Origin: an uncultured Verrucomicrobiota bacterium
GTDB taxonomy: Bacteria > Verrucomicrobiota > Kiritimatiellia > CAIQIC01 > Lenti-01
Assembly: GCA_937872095.1 (NCBI GenBank)
Contig: CALMNW010000070.1
Span: 30,542-94,541 of the forward strand
Direction of reading: 5' to 3'
Length of the DNA: 64,000 nucleotides
Shown in pieces: positions 27,757 through 39,516 of the stretch. Under the pieces are notes generated by a model, which was not told the origin of the DNA, ran no database searches, and saw only the letters and a list, made by a program, of their open reading frames with translations. A program made the position numbers and the translations under genes. How positions within the stretch are numbered: position 1 is the first letter of the stretch; every line of letters starts with the position of its first letter.

Positions 27757-29036
27757 TGAAACGGATCGCCGCCATCTGGTTTGCCCTGGCGGGTGCCGTA
27801 TTCGCGGCACCCACCCTCGGCATGGCCGCGGACGACGGCTATGCCGCCGGTTTCTATACCCGCGGCGTCGATGCGGCGTCCTATATCGACCAAGGCGGCG
27901 CCGTCGTCGATCCGTTCTACGTGCCCGCCAAGACCGGGGCGTTGCTGCCGCGCGTCAGTCTGGCGATCGCGCGCGACGACAACGTCTTTCTCGACGCGAC
28001 CAACCAGACGGTCGGAACCACCATTTCGCTGGCGCCGGGTTTGCTGGCCATCTGGGGTCGGCCGGCGGACAACCACGTCTACGCCGATTACGGCCTCATC
28101 CTGCCCCTTTACGAGAGCGAAGAAGGATTGAACGACCAACCGAGCCATTTGCTGCGGCTGGGCAGCGTCTACCGCACGGGCAAGAGCCAGATCCAGGGGC
28201 AGGTGGGTTTTCGCCGCCTGGAAGACGTCGATACGGTGGTGGGCGCGCGCGTGGCCAAACGGGATCTTTCCGCCGATCTGGGCGTGGAACATCGGATTTC
28301 GGGCAAGTCCAGCTTGGGCCTGCAGGGCCGGGCGGAAATGCACGAATTCGATGCGGAGAACTACCTCGACTACAACCGCTACTACGGGGCCGGCCGGCTG
28401 TATCACCGCGTGTCGCCCAAGAGCCAGATGTTCGTCCAGGGCGGCCTGGGACGCGACGATCCGCGCCAGCCGGAAGATCGCGCCGCCGCCGCCGATTTCT
28501 ACGATCTGTCGCTGGGCGTTCGCGGGAAGCAGTCGCCCAAGTTCAACGCCGCCGGCCGGGTGGGCTACATGTGGCGCCGCTACGACGAAGAATCGCGCGA
28601 CGACTACGCCCATTGGATCGCCTCGCTGAAAGCCGAGAGCGCGCCGTTCGGCCTCGCGACCTTCACGGGCGAATTGTATGCGGATATCCGGCCCGCCGTC
28701 GATGCGGACGCCGTCGACGTGGTGGATCAAGGCGTCGTTTTCGGCGCGAACCGGCGGCTGTTCAGCGAGCGCTTGCGCGGCAATGCCTCGGCCACGTTCG
28801 GCCAAATCGACTATTCCGGCGGCGCCGTCCCGGAGGGCGGCGGACTGGACGGGCGGACGGATCGCTATTGGGGATTTTCCGTCGGCGTGGATTGGTGGAG
28901 CAAAGAGCGCTTTTCCGTCGGCGTGGCGTATTCCTACATGCGTCGCGACGGCGACGTGGAAGGTTCAGCGGAAACGCGGGATTCGACCTCGTACGAACAG
29001 GGACGCTGGACCTTGCGCGCCAGCTGGAACTATTGA
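27756..29036 (+). CDS. Outer-membrane beta-barrel protein (EPS-associated)
   Basis: It has a signal peptide (MKRIAAIWFALAGAVFAAPTLGMAADD), alternating amphipathic strands and a C-terminal aromatic residue (SWNY). It overlaps the upstream stop as ATGA. Confidence 0.7.
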   Translation: MKRIAAIWFALAGAVFAAPTLGMAADDGYAAGFYTRGVDAASYIDQGGAVVDPFYVPAKTGALLPRVSLAIARDDNVFLDATNQTVGTTISLAPGLLAIWGRPADNHVYADYGLILPLYESEEGLNDQPSHLLRLGSVYRTGKSQIQGQVGFRRLEDVDTVVGARVAKRDLSADLGVEHRISGKSSLGLQGRAEMHEFDAENYLDYNRYYGAGRLYHRVSPKSQMFVQGGLGRDDPRQPEDRAAAADFYDLSLGVRGKQSPKFNAAGRVGYMWRRYDEESRDDYAHWIASLKAESAPFGLATFTGELYADIRPAVDADAVDVVDQGVVFGANRRLFSERLRGNASATFGQIDYSGGAVPEGGGLDGRTDRYWGFSVGVDWWSKERFSVGVAYSYMRRDGDVEGSAETRDSTSYEQGRWTLRASWNY

Positions 29037-29092
29037 GGTCCGGTCCCCAATCCGGCATTCCCTTTCCGGGCAGCCTGTGTTATAAGAACGAT

Positions 29093-30106
29093 ATGGCGTC
29101 GCGTGTTGACAGATTCGGGTGGTTTCTGGGGTTCTTGTTGGCCGGTCTCGCGTTCGGCTGGATGGCGGGTTGCGCCAGCAACGATCCGTTGCCGCTTCCG
29201 CCCGGCGGCATTCTGAGCGAATCGACCGCCGATCGGTCGGCGGCCGCGGAGCGGACGCCGGCGGCTCCCGAAGCCGTTGGCGATCCACAGACCGAGCAGC
29301 CGGCGGAACCAGAAACGGCGCAAACCGCGGCCGCGGCCAAGAAGCTCGCCGCCGCGGAAAAAGCCCAGCGCCGCGAGGCGGAAAAGCAAGCCGCGGCGGA
29401 AGCCAAGCAAGCGGCGGCCGAAAAGAAAGCCGCCGAGAAGCTGGCCAAGAAGGAAGCGAAGCAAGCCGCGGCCGCAGCCGAAAAACTCGCCGCCGCGGAA
29501 AAAAAACGGCAACAGGCCGAAAAAAAGGCGGCGGCCAAGGCTCTGCGCGCGCAACCGAAAGACTGGGCCGCGGAACCGGCGAAACCGGAAAAGGCGTCTG
29601 CCCAATACGTGCTGCAGGCGGGCGACGAAATCGAGATCCAGGTCTATCGCGAACCGGAATTGTCCGGCACGTTCAAGATCAACCCGTCCGGCGATGTCCG
29701 CCATTCGCTCGTGGGGGCGGTTCCCATGGCGGGGCAAACGCTCGAAGAGGCGGAGGCGCAATTCACCCGGAAGCTGGCCAAGGATTATCTGGTCGATCCC
29801 CGCGTCATTTTCAAGCTGTTGTCCACCCAGAGCTCGCAGATCGTCTTGATGGGCGAAGTCAAGAAACCCGGCGTCTATCCGCTGCCCTTCGGCGAAACCA
29901 TGACGCTCCTGCAAGCCATCGCCGGTGCCGGGGGTTTCACCGATTTGGCCAGTCCGGATCGCGTCCGCATCGTGCGGCGGCTGCCGGACGGCCATCAAAC
30001 GACGCTGAAATTCCGCGTGTCGGATCTGCTGGGCGGAAGGGGCAAGCAGCAGGACGTGCCGCTCGAGCCGAACGACGTCATCATGGTGCCGGAAGTGCTG
30101 TTTTAA
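29093..30106 (+). CDS. wza: Polysaccharide export lipoprotein, Wza-like (Poly_export + SLBB), with an Ala/Lys/Glu-rich linker
   Basis: The lipobox reads GWMAGC. The Poly_export motif is YVLQAGDEIEIQVYREPELSGTFKINPSGDV, and the SLBB motif is VLMGEVKKPGVYPL. Confidence 0.85.
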   Translation: MASRVDRFGWFLGFLLAGLAFGWMAGCASNDPLPLPPGGILSESTADRSAAAERTPAAPEAVGDPQTEQPAEPETAQTAAAAKKLAAAEKAQRREAEKQAAAEAKQAAAEKKAAEKLAKKEAKQAAAAAEKLAAAEKKRQQAEKKAAAKALRAQPKDWAAEPAKPEKASAQYVLQAGDEIEIQVYREPELSGTFKINPSGDVRHSLVGAVPMAGQTLEEAEAQFTRKLAKDYLVDPRVIFKLLSTQSSQIVLMGEVKKPGVYPLPFGETMTLLQAIAGAGGFTDLASPDRVRIVRRLPDGHQTTLKFRVSDLLGGRGKQQDVPLEPNDVIMVPEVLF

Positions 30107-30125
30107 GAGGCGATAGGCGGTCGAC

Positions 30126-32273
30126 ATGCAGAAAACTCCATACGTCGCCGGCGCCGAGGAAAGTTCGGAAGGCTCTCTCTCGAAATTTCCCGATTGGCGC
30201 GAGGGCGTGGCCATCCTCATGGAGCGCGCCTGGCTGGGCGTGCTGGTGGCCGTCGCCGTTTTCCTGTTTTTCTTCTTCCAGGCCCGTCGGCAGACGCCCT
30301 ATTACCGCAGTACGGCCACGCTGCTGGTCGAGGCGCAGATTCCCAAAATCCTGAACTACCAGGACATCTTGGCCTACAACACCCGGAATCTGGAATATTT
30401 CAATACGCACATCAACGCCCTCCACAGCCGCAACATGATGAAACAGGCGCTGGAGCGAAGCGGCCTGGAAAAAAACCCGAAATTTTTCTCGGGGAAAACG
30501 CCGGAGGAAAAAGCCGAAGCCGCGCTTGGGCTCGTGACGATCACCGCGGTCGAAAAAACCCGGATGATCAACGTCGTGGTCGAACATCCGGATCCCCAAA
30601 TCGCTTCCGATCTGGCCAACGCGTTGGCCCAGTCCTACATCCAGCAGGATCTCGACAACCGCATGGGCATCTCCATGCAAGCCATCGATTGGCTCCGCGA
30701 CCGGTCCGAGGAATATCGCGACAAGCTGGAGAAGGGACTGCTCGAGCTTCAGGAATACCGGGAGGAAACCGGTTCGGTCTCCCTCGAAGAGGACCAGAAC
30801 ATCGTCATCGAAAAGCTCAAGGCGCTGAACGGCGTGCTGACCATGGCCCAGACCGATCGCATCCAGGCCGAAACGATGTGGAAGTCCGTCCAGGGGCAGC
30901 TCGACGCCGAGGTACCGCTGGCCCAGATCGCGGCGGTGCTGAACGATCCCGGCGTCCAGCCGGCGCTCCAGAAGCTGCAGGACCAGCAGCGCGAAGTCGC
31001 CGGTTTGCAGCAGCGCTATCGTTCGCAGCATCCGGACCTGCAGCAGGCCGTCGAACTGGAGCAAAAACTCCAGAAGCAGTTCGAAGAGGCCTGCCGCGCC
31101 GCCATCTACGCCTTGAAGAGCCGGTATGAAATGCTGGTCGAGCGGGAGCGGAATCTCCAGACCGCGCTGGAAGAGCAGGAAAAAGCGTCCTTCGAGCTGG
31201 ACCGAAAGTTGGTTCGCTACAACGAACTCAAGCGCAACATCGAGGCCGATCAGGAAATCCACCAGGCGGTGATCGCCCGGATGAAGGAAGCCAGCGTTTC
31301 CGAATCGCTGCCGACCGATGTCATCCGCCTCGCCGAAGAAGCCCGGCCCGCCCCAGCGCCGTTTCGTCCGCGTCCGGGACAAGCCATGGTGCGCGGCGTC
31401 GCTTTTGGATTGATCCTCGGTTTCGGCGCGATCTTCCTGTTCTATTACGCCGACCACCGGTTTCGCCGCAACGAGGAGGTCGAACGTCTCCTGGGCCTGC
31501 CCGTTCTCTCCACGGTTCCCCTGATTTTCGACAAGTCCGTCCGGGAGCGCGGCTTGGTCGCGCATCTCAAGCAGAGCGGCGAAGTGGCCGAAGCGTTCCG
31601 CACCCTGCGGGCCAGTCTCCTGCTGCGGGAAGACGTCCGCAACGCCCCCGTCCTGATGATCACCAGCGCCGGGCCGGGAGAAGGCAAGTCGCTCATCTCC
31701 GCCAATCTGGCCGTCAGCCTTGCCCAGGATGGCCGCCGCGTTCTGCTGGTCGGCGCCGACCTGCGTCGCCCCGTGCTGGCCAAGATCTTCGGAGCCGATC
31801 AGGATCGGCCGGGATTGGCCGAAGTGCTCAAGGGAGAATATCGCTGGCAGGAAGCCCTGTATCCGCAGGAGGTGCCGAACCTCGACGTGATGCTGTCGGG
31901 CCGCATCCCTTCGCATCCCGCCGAATTGCTGGGCCGCAAGCCGCTGGCCGATTTCTTGCGGGAGGCGCGCGGCCTCTATCAGCACGTGGTCATCGATGCG
32001 CCTCCCGTTCTCGGCGTCAGCGATTCGCTGGTCCTGTTGCCGCACGTGGACGGCATGCTGTTCGTGGTGCGCTACGGAGTCACGCACAGCATGGGCGCGA
32101 GCCACGCGGTTCTCAAGTTGCGGGAAAGCGGCACGCCTTGCATCGGCAGCATCCTGAACGGCGTGAATCTCAACTCGATGGCCAACTACTATTATTACCG
32201 GCGCTACGGCGGCTATGCCTACCGGCATTACCAGAGCCAGTCCGCCGACGCGTCGCCGGCCAGCGAAGGATGA
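30126..32273 (+). CDS. wzc: Polysaccharide co-polymerase / BY-kinase tyrosine autokinase (Wzc/GumC-like)
   Basis: It has two TM segments flanking a coiled-coil periplasmic domain, a Walker A (SAGPGEGKS) and a C-terminal Tyr-rich tail (YYYYRRYGGYAYRHY). Confidence 0.9.
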   Translation: MQKTPYVAGAEESSEGSLSKFPDWREGVAILMERAWLGVLVAVAVFLFFFFQARRQTPYYRSTATLLVEAQIPKILNYQDILAYNTRNLEYFNTHINALHSRNMMKQALERSGLEKNPKFFSGKTPEEKAEAALGLVTITAVEKTRMINVVVEHPDPQIASDLANALAQSYIQQDLDNRMGISMQAIDWLRDRSEEYRDKLEKGLLELQEYREETGSVSLEEDQNIVIEKLKALNGVLTMAQTDRIQAETMWKSVQGQLDAEVPLAQIAAVLNDPGVQPALQKLQDQQREVAGLQQRYRSQHPDLQQAVELEQKLQKQFEEACRAAIYALKSRYEMLVERERNLQTALEEQEKASFELDRKLVRYNELKRNIEADQEIHQAVIARMKEASVSESLPTDVIRLAEEARPAPAPFRPRPGQAMVRGVAFGLILGFGAIFLFYYADHRFRRNEEVERLLGLPVLSTVPLIFDKSVRERGLVAHLKQSGEVAEAFRTLRASLLLREDVRNAPVLMITSAGPGEGKSLISANLAVSLAQDGRRVLLVGADLRRPVLAKIFGADQDRPGLAEVLKGEYRWQEALYPQEVPNLDVMLSGRIPSHPAELLGRKPLADFLREARGLYQHVVIDAPPVLGVSDSLVLLPHVDGMLFVVRYGVTHSMGASHAVLKLRESGTPCIGSILNGVNLNSMANYYYYRRYGGYAYRHYQSQSADASPASEG

Positions 32274-33583
32274 AAGCCCGCGACTTTCCATTTCCGCTGG
32301 TCATGCTCCTGCTCTTGCTGGCGGCCGCCGCCTGGACGAGTCCGTGGCCGGTCCGCTGGGAAAACGGAGTGGTGCCCGGCCTTGCCGTGTTGGCATTGGC
32401 GGGCAGCCTTATCTCCGGTGGCCTGCCCGCGCGGATCGGGCTGGCGGGAGGACTGCTGCTGGGGTTGATCGCTATGTATGCTTGGAACGCTTCCCATGGT
32501 TGGGCCGACGGGCGCGGCTTGATTCCGCAAGACCATATCCGCGGAGGACCGGCTTCCGCGTATCCCGAGGGCACGTGGGCCGCCGGCCGCCTGTTTCTGG
32601 CTTTGTTCGCCGCTTTCGTCCTGGGGTTTCGCCTGTCCCGCCGGCAGATCCGCGGGCTGCAGGCGCTGGCGGCGGCGGCCGCCGCCGCCATGGCGCTGGC
32701 GGTTCTGATGCAGCGCTTGGAGCCGAATCCCGGTCACGTCTACGAACGTACCGGGATCTTCGTGAACGAGAACCATTTCGCCGTCTTCTCGAATTTGCTT
32801 TTGCCGGTGGTCCTCGTTGCGGCGGCGCGAGCGCGTTTCCGCGCGGTGCAGGAAGGGCGTCTGTCCAGCCCGGCGGGTCTCTTCCTGCTGGTGGCCGCGC
32901 TGATGGCCGCCGCGGTGGTGCTGTGCCGTTCCCGCGCCGGCGTCGCGGTGATGGCGCTGCTGGTGGCGGCGCACGTCTGGTTGTGCCATCGGACGATCCG
33001 GAATTATCCGTTTGCCGGCGTCCCGGCGTCTGCGGGGCTCAAGGCGGCGGGGTGGGCGGCGATCGCGGTGGCGGCGGGATTCGCCGTGCGGGCTTTTTGG
33101 CGCGAATGGCAGCGCATCGAGGTTCTGGGCCAGGAGTGGTCTTTCCGTTCCGGCATCCTGAAGGATGCGCTCGTCGCCTGGCGGGAACATCCCGCGTGGG
33201 GAATCGGTCCCGGAACCTTCTCCGTCGTGTTTCCGTACTACCAGTCTCCGGCGTTCGCGGGAAAAACCATCCTGCATGCGCACTGCGAACCGATCCAGTT
33301 TCTAGTCGAATTCGGCGTGGCGGGAGCGATCGCGGTCGTGGCCGTGCTGGCGCTGGCGCTGTCCGCGCGCAAAACCGCCTCCCTCGCTTCCGCGGAAATT
33401 CCGCCTTTCGCGGATCTCGAGCGCCGCGCATTCGGTTTCGGCCTGCTCGCCTGCGGTCTCCATTGCCTGATCGACTTTCCCCTGCGCATTCCGTTGATCG
33501 CCCTGTTGGCCGCCGCGTGGGCCGGCGTCTGGGTCGGCACCCGGCCGGATGTTTTGGCCGGCGTACCGGCGAGAGGAAGCTGA
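32270..33583 (+). CDS. O-antigen ligase/Wzy-like polymerase (Wzy_C domain membrane protein)
   Basis: It is polytopic, with a periplasmic loop motif (HPAWGIGPGTF). The start overlaps the Wzc stop as ATGA. Confidence 0.75.
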   Translation: MKARDFPFPLVMLLLLLAAAAWTSPWPVRWENGVVPGLAVLALAGSLISGGLPARIGLAGGLLLGLIAMYAWNASHGWADGRGLIPQDHIRGGPASAYPEGTWAAGRLFLALFAAFVLGFRLSRRQIRGLQALAAAAAAAMALAVLMQRLEPNPGHVYERTGIFVNENHFAVFSNLLLPVVLVAAARARFRAVQEGRLSSPAGLFLLVAALMAAAVVLCRSRAGVAVMALLVAAHVWLCHRTIRNYPFAGVPASAGLKAAGWAAIAVAAGFAVRAFWREWQRIEVLGQEWSFRSGILKDALVAWREHPAWGIGPGTFSVVFPYYQSPAFAGKTILHAHCEPIQFLVEFGVAGAIAVVAVLALALSARKTASLASAEIPPFADLERRAFGFGLLACGLHCLIDFPLRIPLIALLAAAWAGVWVGTRPDVLAGVPARGS

Positions 33584-33584
33584 C

Positions 33585-34417
33585 ATGTCCCGCTCCGTGC
33601 GCGAATACGTCCGCCGGCCCCGCACCGGCTGGTTCGATCTGGCCCTGGGCGAGCTGTGGGAATACCGCGACTTGCTGGGCGCGCTGGCGTGGCGGAACCT
33701 GACGGTGCGCTACAAGCAGAGCCTGCTCGGCATCGGTTGGGCCGTGCTCAAGCCCGTGATGCAGATGATCGTGTTCAGCGTCGTGTTCGGGCGTCTGGCC
33801 GATTTGCCGTCGGACGGCATGCCGTATCCGGTTTTTCTCTATGCCGGCCTGCTGCCGTGGACGTATTTCTCCACGACGATCACCAGCGCCTCGGGCAGCC
33901 TGCTCGGCGGCGGCAACATGATCAACAAGGTATATTTTCCCCGCATGATCCTGCCGTTCTCCTATCTGTTCACCGGCCTGCTCGATCTGGCGCTGGCCAT
34001 GGTCGTCCTGTTCGGCATGATGGTTTGGTATCGCGCCGACATGGCGTTCGGGCCGCAGATGCTGCTGTTCCCGATCTTTCTCGTGCCGGCCGTCGCCTGC
34101 GCCGGCGGACTATCGCTGTGGCTGTGCGCTTTGGCCGTTCGCTATCGCGACGTCCACCATCTGGTGCCGTATCTGCTGCAGCTCGGCATGTTCGCGACGC
34201 CCGTGGTTTACGCCGTCCAGCTGCTGCCGGAACGGTTTCGCTGGCTGCTGCAGCTGAATCCCATGACGGGCGTGATCGAAGGCTTCCGTTGGGCGCTGCT
34301 CGGCAAACCGGTCGAAGGATGGGGGTTGCTGGTTGGCGGCTTTGGGGTGGCGCTGCTTTTGCTGTTTTCGGGCATGGTCTATTTCCGGCGCGTGGAAAGG
34401 ACGCTGGCGGACGTGAT

Positions 34418-34421
<4 letters not shown>
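33585..34421 (+). CDS. ABC-2 type polysaccharide/O-antigen exporter permease (Wzm/KpsM-like)
   Basis: It has six TM segments and an ABC-2 signature region, and is paired with the downstream ATPase. The SD reads GAGAGGAAG. Confidence 0.85.
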
Positions 34422-35676
<1,255 letters not shown>

Positions 35677-35680
<4 letters not shown>

Positions 35681-36696
35681 GCGCGCGCCCGGGACTGTTC
35701 GCCGTCGTCACCACGATCCAGGCGCCCACGCCGGCGGTTCGCGAATTGCAGCGCCGGTTGGCGCAGATCGGCGGCCGCCTCGTCGTGGCGGGCGACCAGA
35801 AAGGCCCGGCGGCGTTCGACCTGCCCGATTGCGATTTCCTGAGCTTGGAAGCCCAGCGGACCAGCGGCTTCGCCCTCGCGTCGTCGTTGCCGACGGGCCA
35901 CTACGCGCGCAAGAACGTCGGCTATCTCCAGGCCATCCGCGCGGGCGCCGCGTGCATCTACGAGACCGACGACGACAACGCGCCGCTCGCGACTTGGGCG
36001 CCGCGCGCCGAAACCGTGGCGGACGCCCGGCGGATCGTTGGTGCCGGCTGGACGAACGTCTATCGCCATTTCACGGACGATCCGCAGATCTGGCCGCGCG
36101 GTTTTCCGCTCGAGCGCTTCGCGGATCCCCCCGCGCCGGTCGTGCCGGCGGACGCGACCGTCCGCGCGCCGATCCAGCAGGGCTTGGTCAACGGCTCGCC
36201 CGACGTGGACGCCGTCTGGCGGCTGACGCAGGACCGGCCGTTCGATTTCGAGGTGCGCGCGCCGGTTGCGCTGGGGCCGGGCCAGTGGTGTCCGTTCAAC
36301 ACGCAAAGCACGTGGTGGTGGCCGGCGGCCTATCCGCTGCTCTACGTGCCCAGCCACTGTTCGTTCCGCATGTGCGACATCTGGAAAGGCTTCATTGCCC
36401 AGCGTTGCCTGTGGGCGCTGGGGGCCGGCGTGGTTTTCCATTCGCCGGAAGTGGTCCAGGACCGCAATCCCCACGATTACCGGCGCGATTTCGAGGACGA
36501 AGTGCCGGGCTATCTCCAAAACGCGCGGATCGCGGAAATCCTCGCCGGCCTCGCGTTGGCGCCCGGCGAAGCCGCCGTTGCGGACAACCTGCGCGCCTGC
36601 TATGCGGCCCTGGTGTCCGCGCGGATCTTTCCGCCGGAAGAATTGGCGTTGGTCGCCGCGTGGCGAGCCGATCTGGAACGGATGCCGAAGCCGTGA
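35677..36696 (+). CDS. Putative glycosyltransferase of the DUF288/STELLO-like type (family assignment tentative)
   Basis: The 339-aa cytoplasmic protein overlaps its neighbour as ATGA within the glycosyltransferase run. The family call rests on motif recollection only. Confidence 0.5.
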
Positions 36697-37640
36697 ATGC
36701 GCCCGCGCCGCTGCCGCCGTTGCCCGTCCGTCCTTTGCTGTCCATCGTCGTGCCCAGCTACAACCAAGGGGCTTTCATCCGCCAGACGATCGAATCGTGC
36801 TTGGCGCAGGATTACCGGCCGATCGAGATTGTCGTGGTGGACGGGGCTTCCACGGACGGCACCATCGACGTGCTGCGGTCGTTCGCCGACCGGCCCGAAG
36901 TGCGTTGGGTTTCCGAACCGGACCAGGGCGTCGTGGACGCCGTGAACAAAGGCATGCGCCGGGCCCGCGGCGAAATCTGCGGCATCCAGAGCTCCGACGA
37001 CGTCTATTTGCCCGGGGCGTTCGCGCAGGCCGTGGCGGCGTTCGCGCACCGGCCCGATCTGGCGTTGGTCTATGCCGACGCCGTCAAAATCGATGCCGCG
37101 GGCCGCGAACTGACCCGCTGGCGATCCGGGCCGTTCTCGATCGAAAACTTCCTGTCCAAGCAGACCGTCGTGCTGCAGCCCGCCGCGTTTTTCCGCCGGT
37201 TCGCGTTCGAGGAGGTGGGCGGCTGGTCGTCCGACTATTTCAATGCCGATACGGAATGCTGGCTGCGCATGATCATGCGCCGGCCCGCGCTCAAGATCGA
37301 TGCCTTCTGGGGTTCCCGCCGCATGCATGAAGCGCAACGGGACCGGCAAGGAGAACGGATCGTCGAGAGCTACGTTCGGATGACGCGGGACAATCCCGAC
37401 GTCCGGAACGGTCCGGTCCGCTGGCGGCGGGCGGCGCGCTGCGGCCGGCTTCTCCACGTGGCGCGCTATGCGCCGGCTCTGTCGCCGTGGCGGAAAAAAT
37501 GGTTGTTGCTGCAGGCCGTCGTCGCTTGGCCGCCGGCCTGGCAATCCGTGGATTTGCCCGGGCTATGGGTGCCGGGCTGGTTGGCGCTGCGGCGGCGCTG
37601 GGCGGATCGAAATCGGCGCGGAGGCGCGGAAACCGCATGA
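36693..37640 (+). CDS. Family 2 glycosyltransferase
   Basis: The GT-A N-terminus reads LSIVVPSYNQGAFIRQTIESCLAQDY...IVVVDGASTDGT. It overlaps its neighbour as GTGA. Confidence 0.8.
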   Translation: MNAPAPLPPLPVRPLLSIVVPSYNQGAFIRQTIESCLAQDYRPIEIVVVDGASTDGTIDVLRSFADRPEVRWVSEPDQGVVDAVNKGMRRARGEICGIQSSDDVYLPGAFAQAVAAFAHRPDLALVYADAVKIDAAGRELTRWRSGPFSIENFLSKQTVVLQPAAFFRRFAFEEVGGWSSDYFNADTECWLRMIMRRPALKIDAFWGSRRMHEAQRDRQGERIVESYVRMTRDNPDVRNGPVRWRRAARCGRLLHVARYAPALSPWRKKWLLLQAVVAWPPAWQSVDLPGLWVPGWLALRRRWADRNRRGGAETA

Positions 37641-38497
37641 ACGCGCAGCCGGAATCGCCCCGGGTGTCGGTCGTCATTCCGTGCCGGAACGATGCCGCCA
37701 GTCTGCCGCTCGTGCTGGCCGCGCTGGAACGGCAAACCTATCCGCGGGACAAATTCCAGGTCCTGGTCGTGGACAACGGTTCCACGGACGGCAGTGGGGA
37801 AGCGGCGCAGCCGTTTCCCGTCGAGCGGCTCCGGGAGCCGGTTCCATCCGCCTATCGGGCGCGGAACCGCGGCATCGCCGCGGCCACCGGCGAATATCTG
37901 CTTTTTTTGGATGCGGACACCGTTCCTTGCCCGGAGTGGATCGCGGAACTGGTCCAAACGGCACAGGCGGCGGATTCCTGGCTGGCCGGCGGCCGGATCG
38001 AGAACGAAGTGGCCCGACCCGCGTTGGGCAGCGCCTTGCTGGCGCTGGCCCGGTCGGCGGATCAACGCCGCGCCGCGCTCGAAAGTTCCGGCCGGTTGTC
38101 GGGGGGCAACATGCTCGTCGCGCGCGCCGCTTTCGACAAATATGGGTTGTTCTTGCCGGTCCAATCCGGCGGCGACGGCGAGTTTTCGCTGCGGGCCAAC
38201 CCGGAGCGCAAACCCGTTCCGTATGCCGAACGGGCCGTGGTCGTGCACCGGTGCGACGTCGGCATCGGAGCGTATCTGGGGCGCGCCTATCGGATCGCCA
38301 AGGGCCAGGCCAGGCCCGGCCCGGAGCCCGTGCCGCTGCCGTGGCGGCCGGGCGTGCGCCGCGCGCGCGAAATCCAGCGGCGATTGCCTGCCGGCGTCTC
38401 CGCTTCTTGGCTGCGCGTGCTGGCCGTGCTTTGGCTGGAACGGTGGCTGTTTTTCCTGGGCGATCGGACCGGCCGGCGGGCAGGGAGGACGGCATGA
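37637..38497 (+). CDS. Family 2 glycosyltransferase
   Basis: The product reads VSVVIPCRNDAASLPLVLAALERQTYP...VLVVDNGSTDGS...FLDADT. It overlaps its neighbour as ATGA. Confidence 0.8.
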   Translation: MNAQPESPRVSVVIPCRNDAASLPLVLAALERQTYPRDKFQVLVVDNGSTDGSGEAAQPFPVERLREPVPSAYRARNRGIAAATGEYLLFLDADTVPCPEWIAELVQTAQAADSWLAGGRIENEVARPALGSALLALARSADQRRAALESSGRLSGGNMLVARAAFDKYGLFLPVQSGGDGEFSLRANPERKPVPYAERAVVVHRCDVGIGAYLGRAYRIAKGQARPGPEPVPLPWRPGVRRAREIQRRLPAGVSASWLRVLAVLWLERWLFFLGDRTGRRAGRTA

Positions 38498-39516
38498 GCG
38501 CCGGCGTGCCCGATCTCGTCAGCGTCGTGATTCCCGTTCGTGACCGCGCGCGCTGGTTGCCGGCCGCCGTGCAAAGCGCCCTGGATCAGCGCCACCCCCG
38601 CGTGGAAGTGCTGCTGTGCGACGACGGTTCGACCGATGGCACCGAGCGGACGATCGATGACCTCGCCGCCCGCGCGCCCGACCGGATCCGCGCCCTCCAT
38701 CTGCCGGCGCGCGGCCCGGGACCGGCCCGCGAGGCGGGCCGGCTGGCGGCCCGGGGCGAATTCATCCAGTATCTCGACAGCGACGATTTGTTGCTGCCGG
38801 ACAAGTTCAGCCTGCAGATCGCCGCTTTGCGCGCCCGGCCGGAATGCGGCATCGCTTACGGCATTACGCGCCTGGTGGACGAACAGGGCCGCATCTTGGT
38901 CGATCCCTTCAAGTGGACGGGCCGGGAAATCCCGAAGCTCTTTCCCGGGCTGCTGGTGGACCGCTGGTGGTGCACGCACACGCCGCTGTATCGCCGCGAG
39001 ACGTGCGACCGCATCGGCCCTTGGTCCGATCTTCGCTATTCCCAGGACTGGGAGTACGACGCGCGCGCCGGTGCGCTGGACGTTCCGCTGGTGTTCGTGG
39101 ATCGTCCGGTCAGTCACCACCGGCAACACGCCGGCACCCGGCAAACGCAGGGCGGGCGCTGGCTGGCGCCGCCGGACCAGATTCGCTTTTTCCGCGCCCT
39201 GCTGGCCGGGGCGTTGGCCGTTGGCGTGGCCAAAGAAGCGCCCGAAATGAAACATTTCGTCCGCTGGACGTTCGCGGCGGCGCGCGCGGCGGCGCGGACG
39301 GGGGACGGCGCTTCCGCCTCCGGTCTGCTCGCTTTGGCCGAATCGGCGGCCATCGGTTCGGCACGCACGGTGCGGGCCTATCGGCGGCTGAGCGAAGGGT
39401 TGGGCTGGCGCTCCGTGGCCGTCGTTTCCGAAACGCTGCGATCGTGGCGCGGGCGGCGGTTCGGGCGCGACACGTTGCCGAAATCGTGGATGATGCCGGA
39501 GAACCCGCCATGCTGA
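38494..39516 (+). CDS. Family 2 glycosyltransferase
   Basis: The product reads VSVVIPVRDRARWLPAAVQSALDQ...LLCDDGSTDGT...YLDSDD. The SD is GGGAGGA; it overlaps its neighbour as ATGA. Confidence 0.8.
   Translation: MSAGVPDLVSVVIPVRDRARWLPAAVQSALDQRHPRVEVLLCDDGSTDGTERTIDDLAARAPDRIRALHLPARGPGPAREAGRLAARGEFIQYLDSDDLLLPDKFSLQIAALRARPECGIAYGITRLVDEQGRILVDPFKWTGREIPKLFPGLLVDRWWCTHTPLYRRETCDRIGPWSDLRYSQDWEYDARAGALDVPLVFVDRPVSHHRQHAGTRQTQGGRWLAPPDQIRFFRALLAGALAVGVAKEAPEMKHFVRWTFAAARAAARTGDGASASGLLALAESAAIGSARTVRAYRRLSEGLGWRSVAVVSETLRSWRGRRFGRDTLPKSWMMPENPPC

Noticed and set aside
25834-27810. Upstream 660 codons of minus-strand ORF 25381..27810
   Set aside because: Only the last 150 codons (25381-25833) form the S24/S26 peptidase domain with a proper ATG. 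The remainder is antisense to the FecR/GH gene and featureless.
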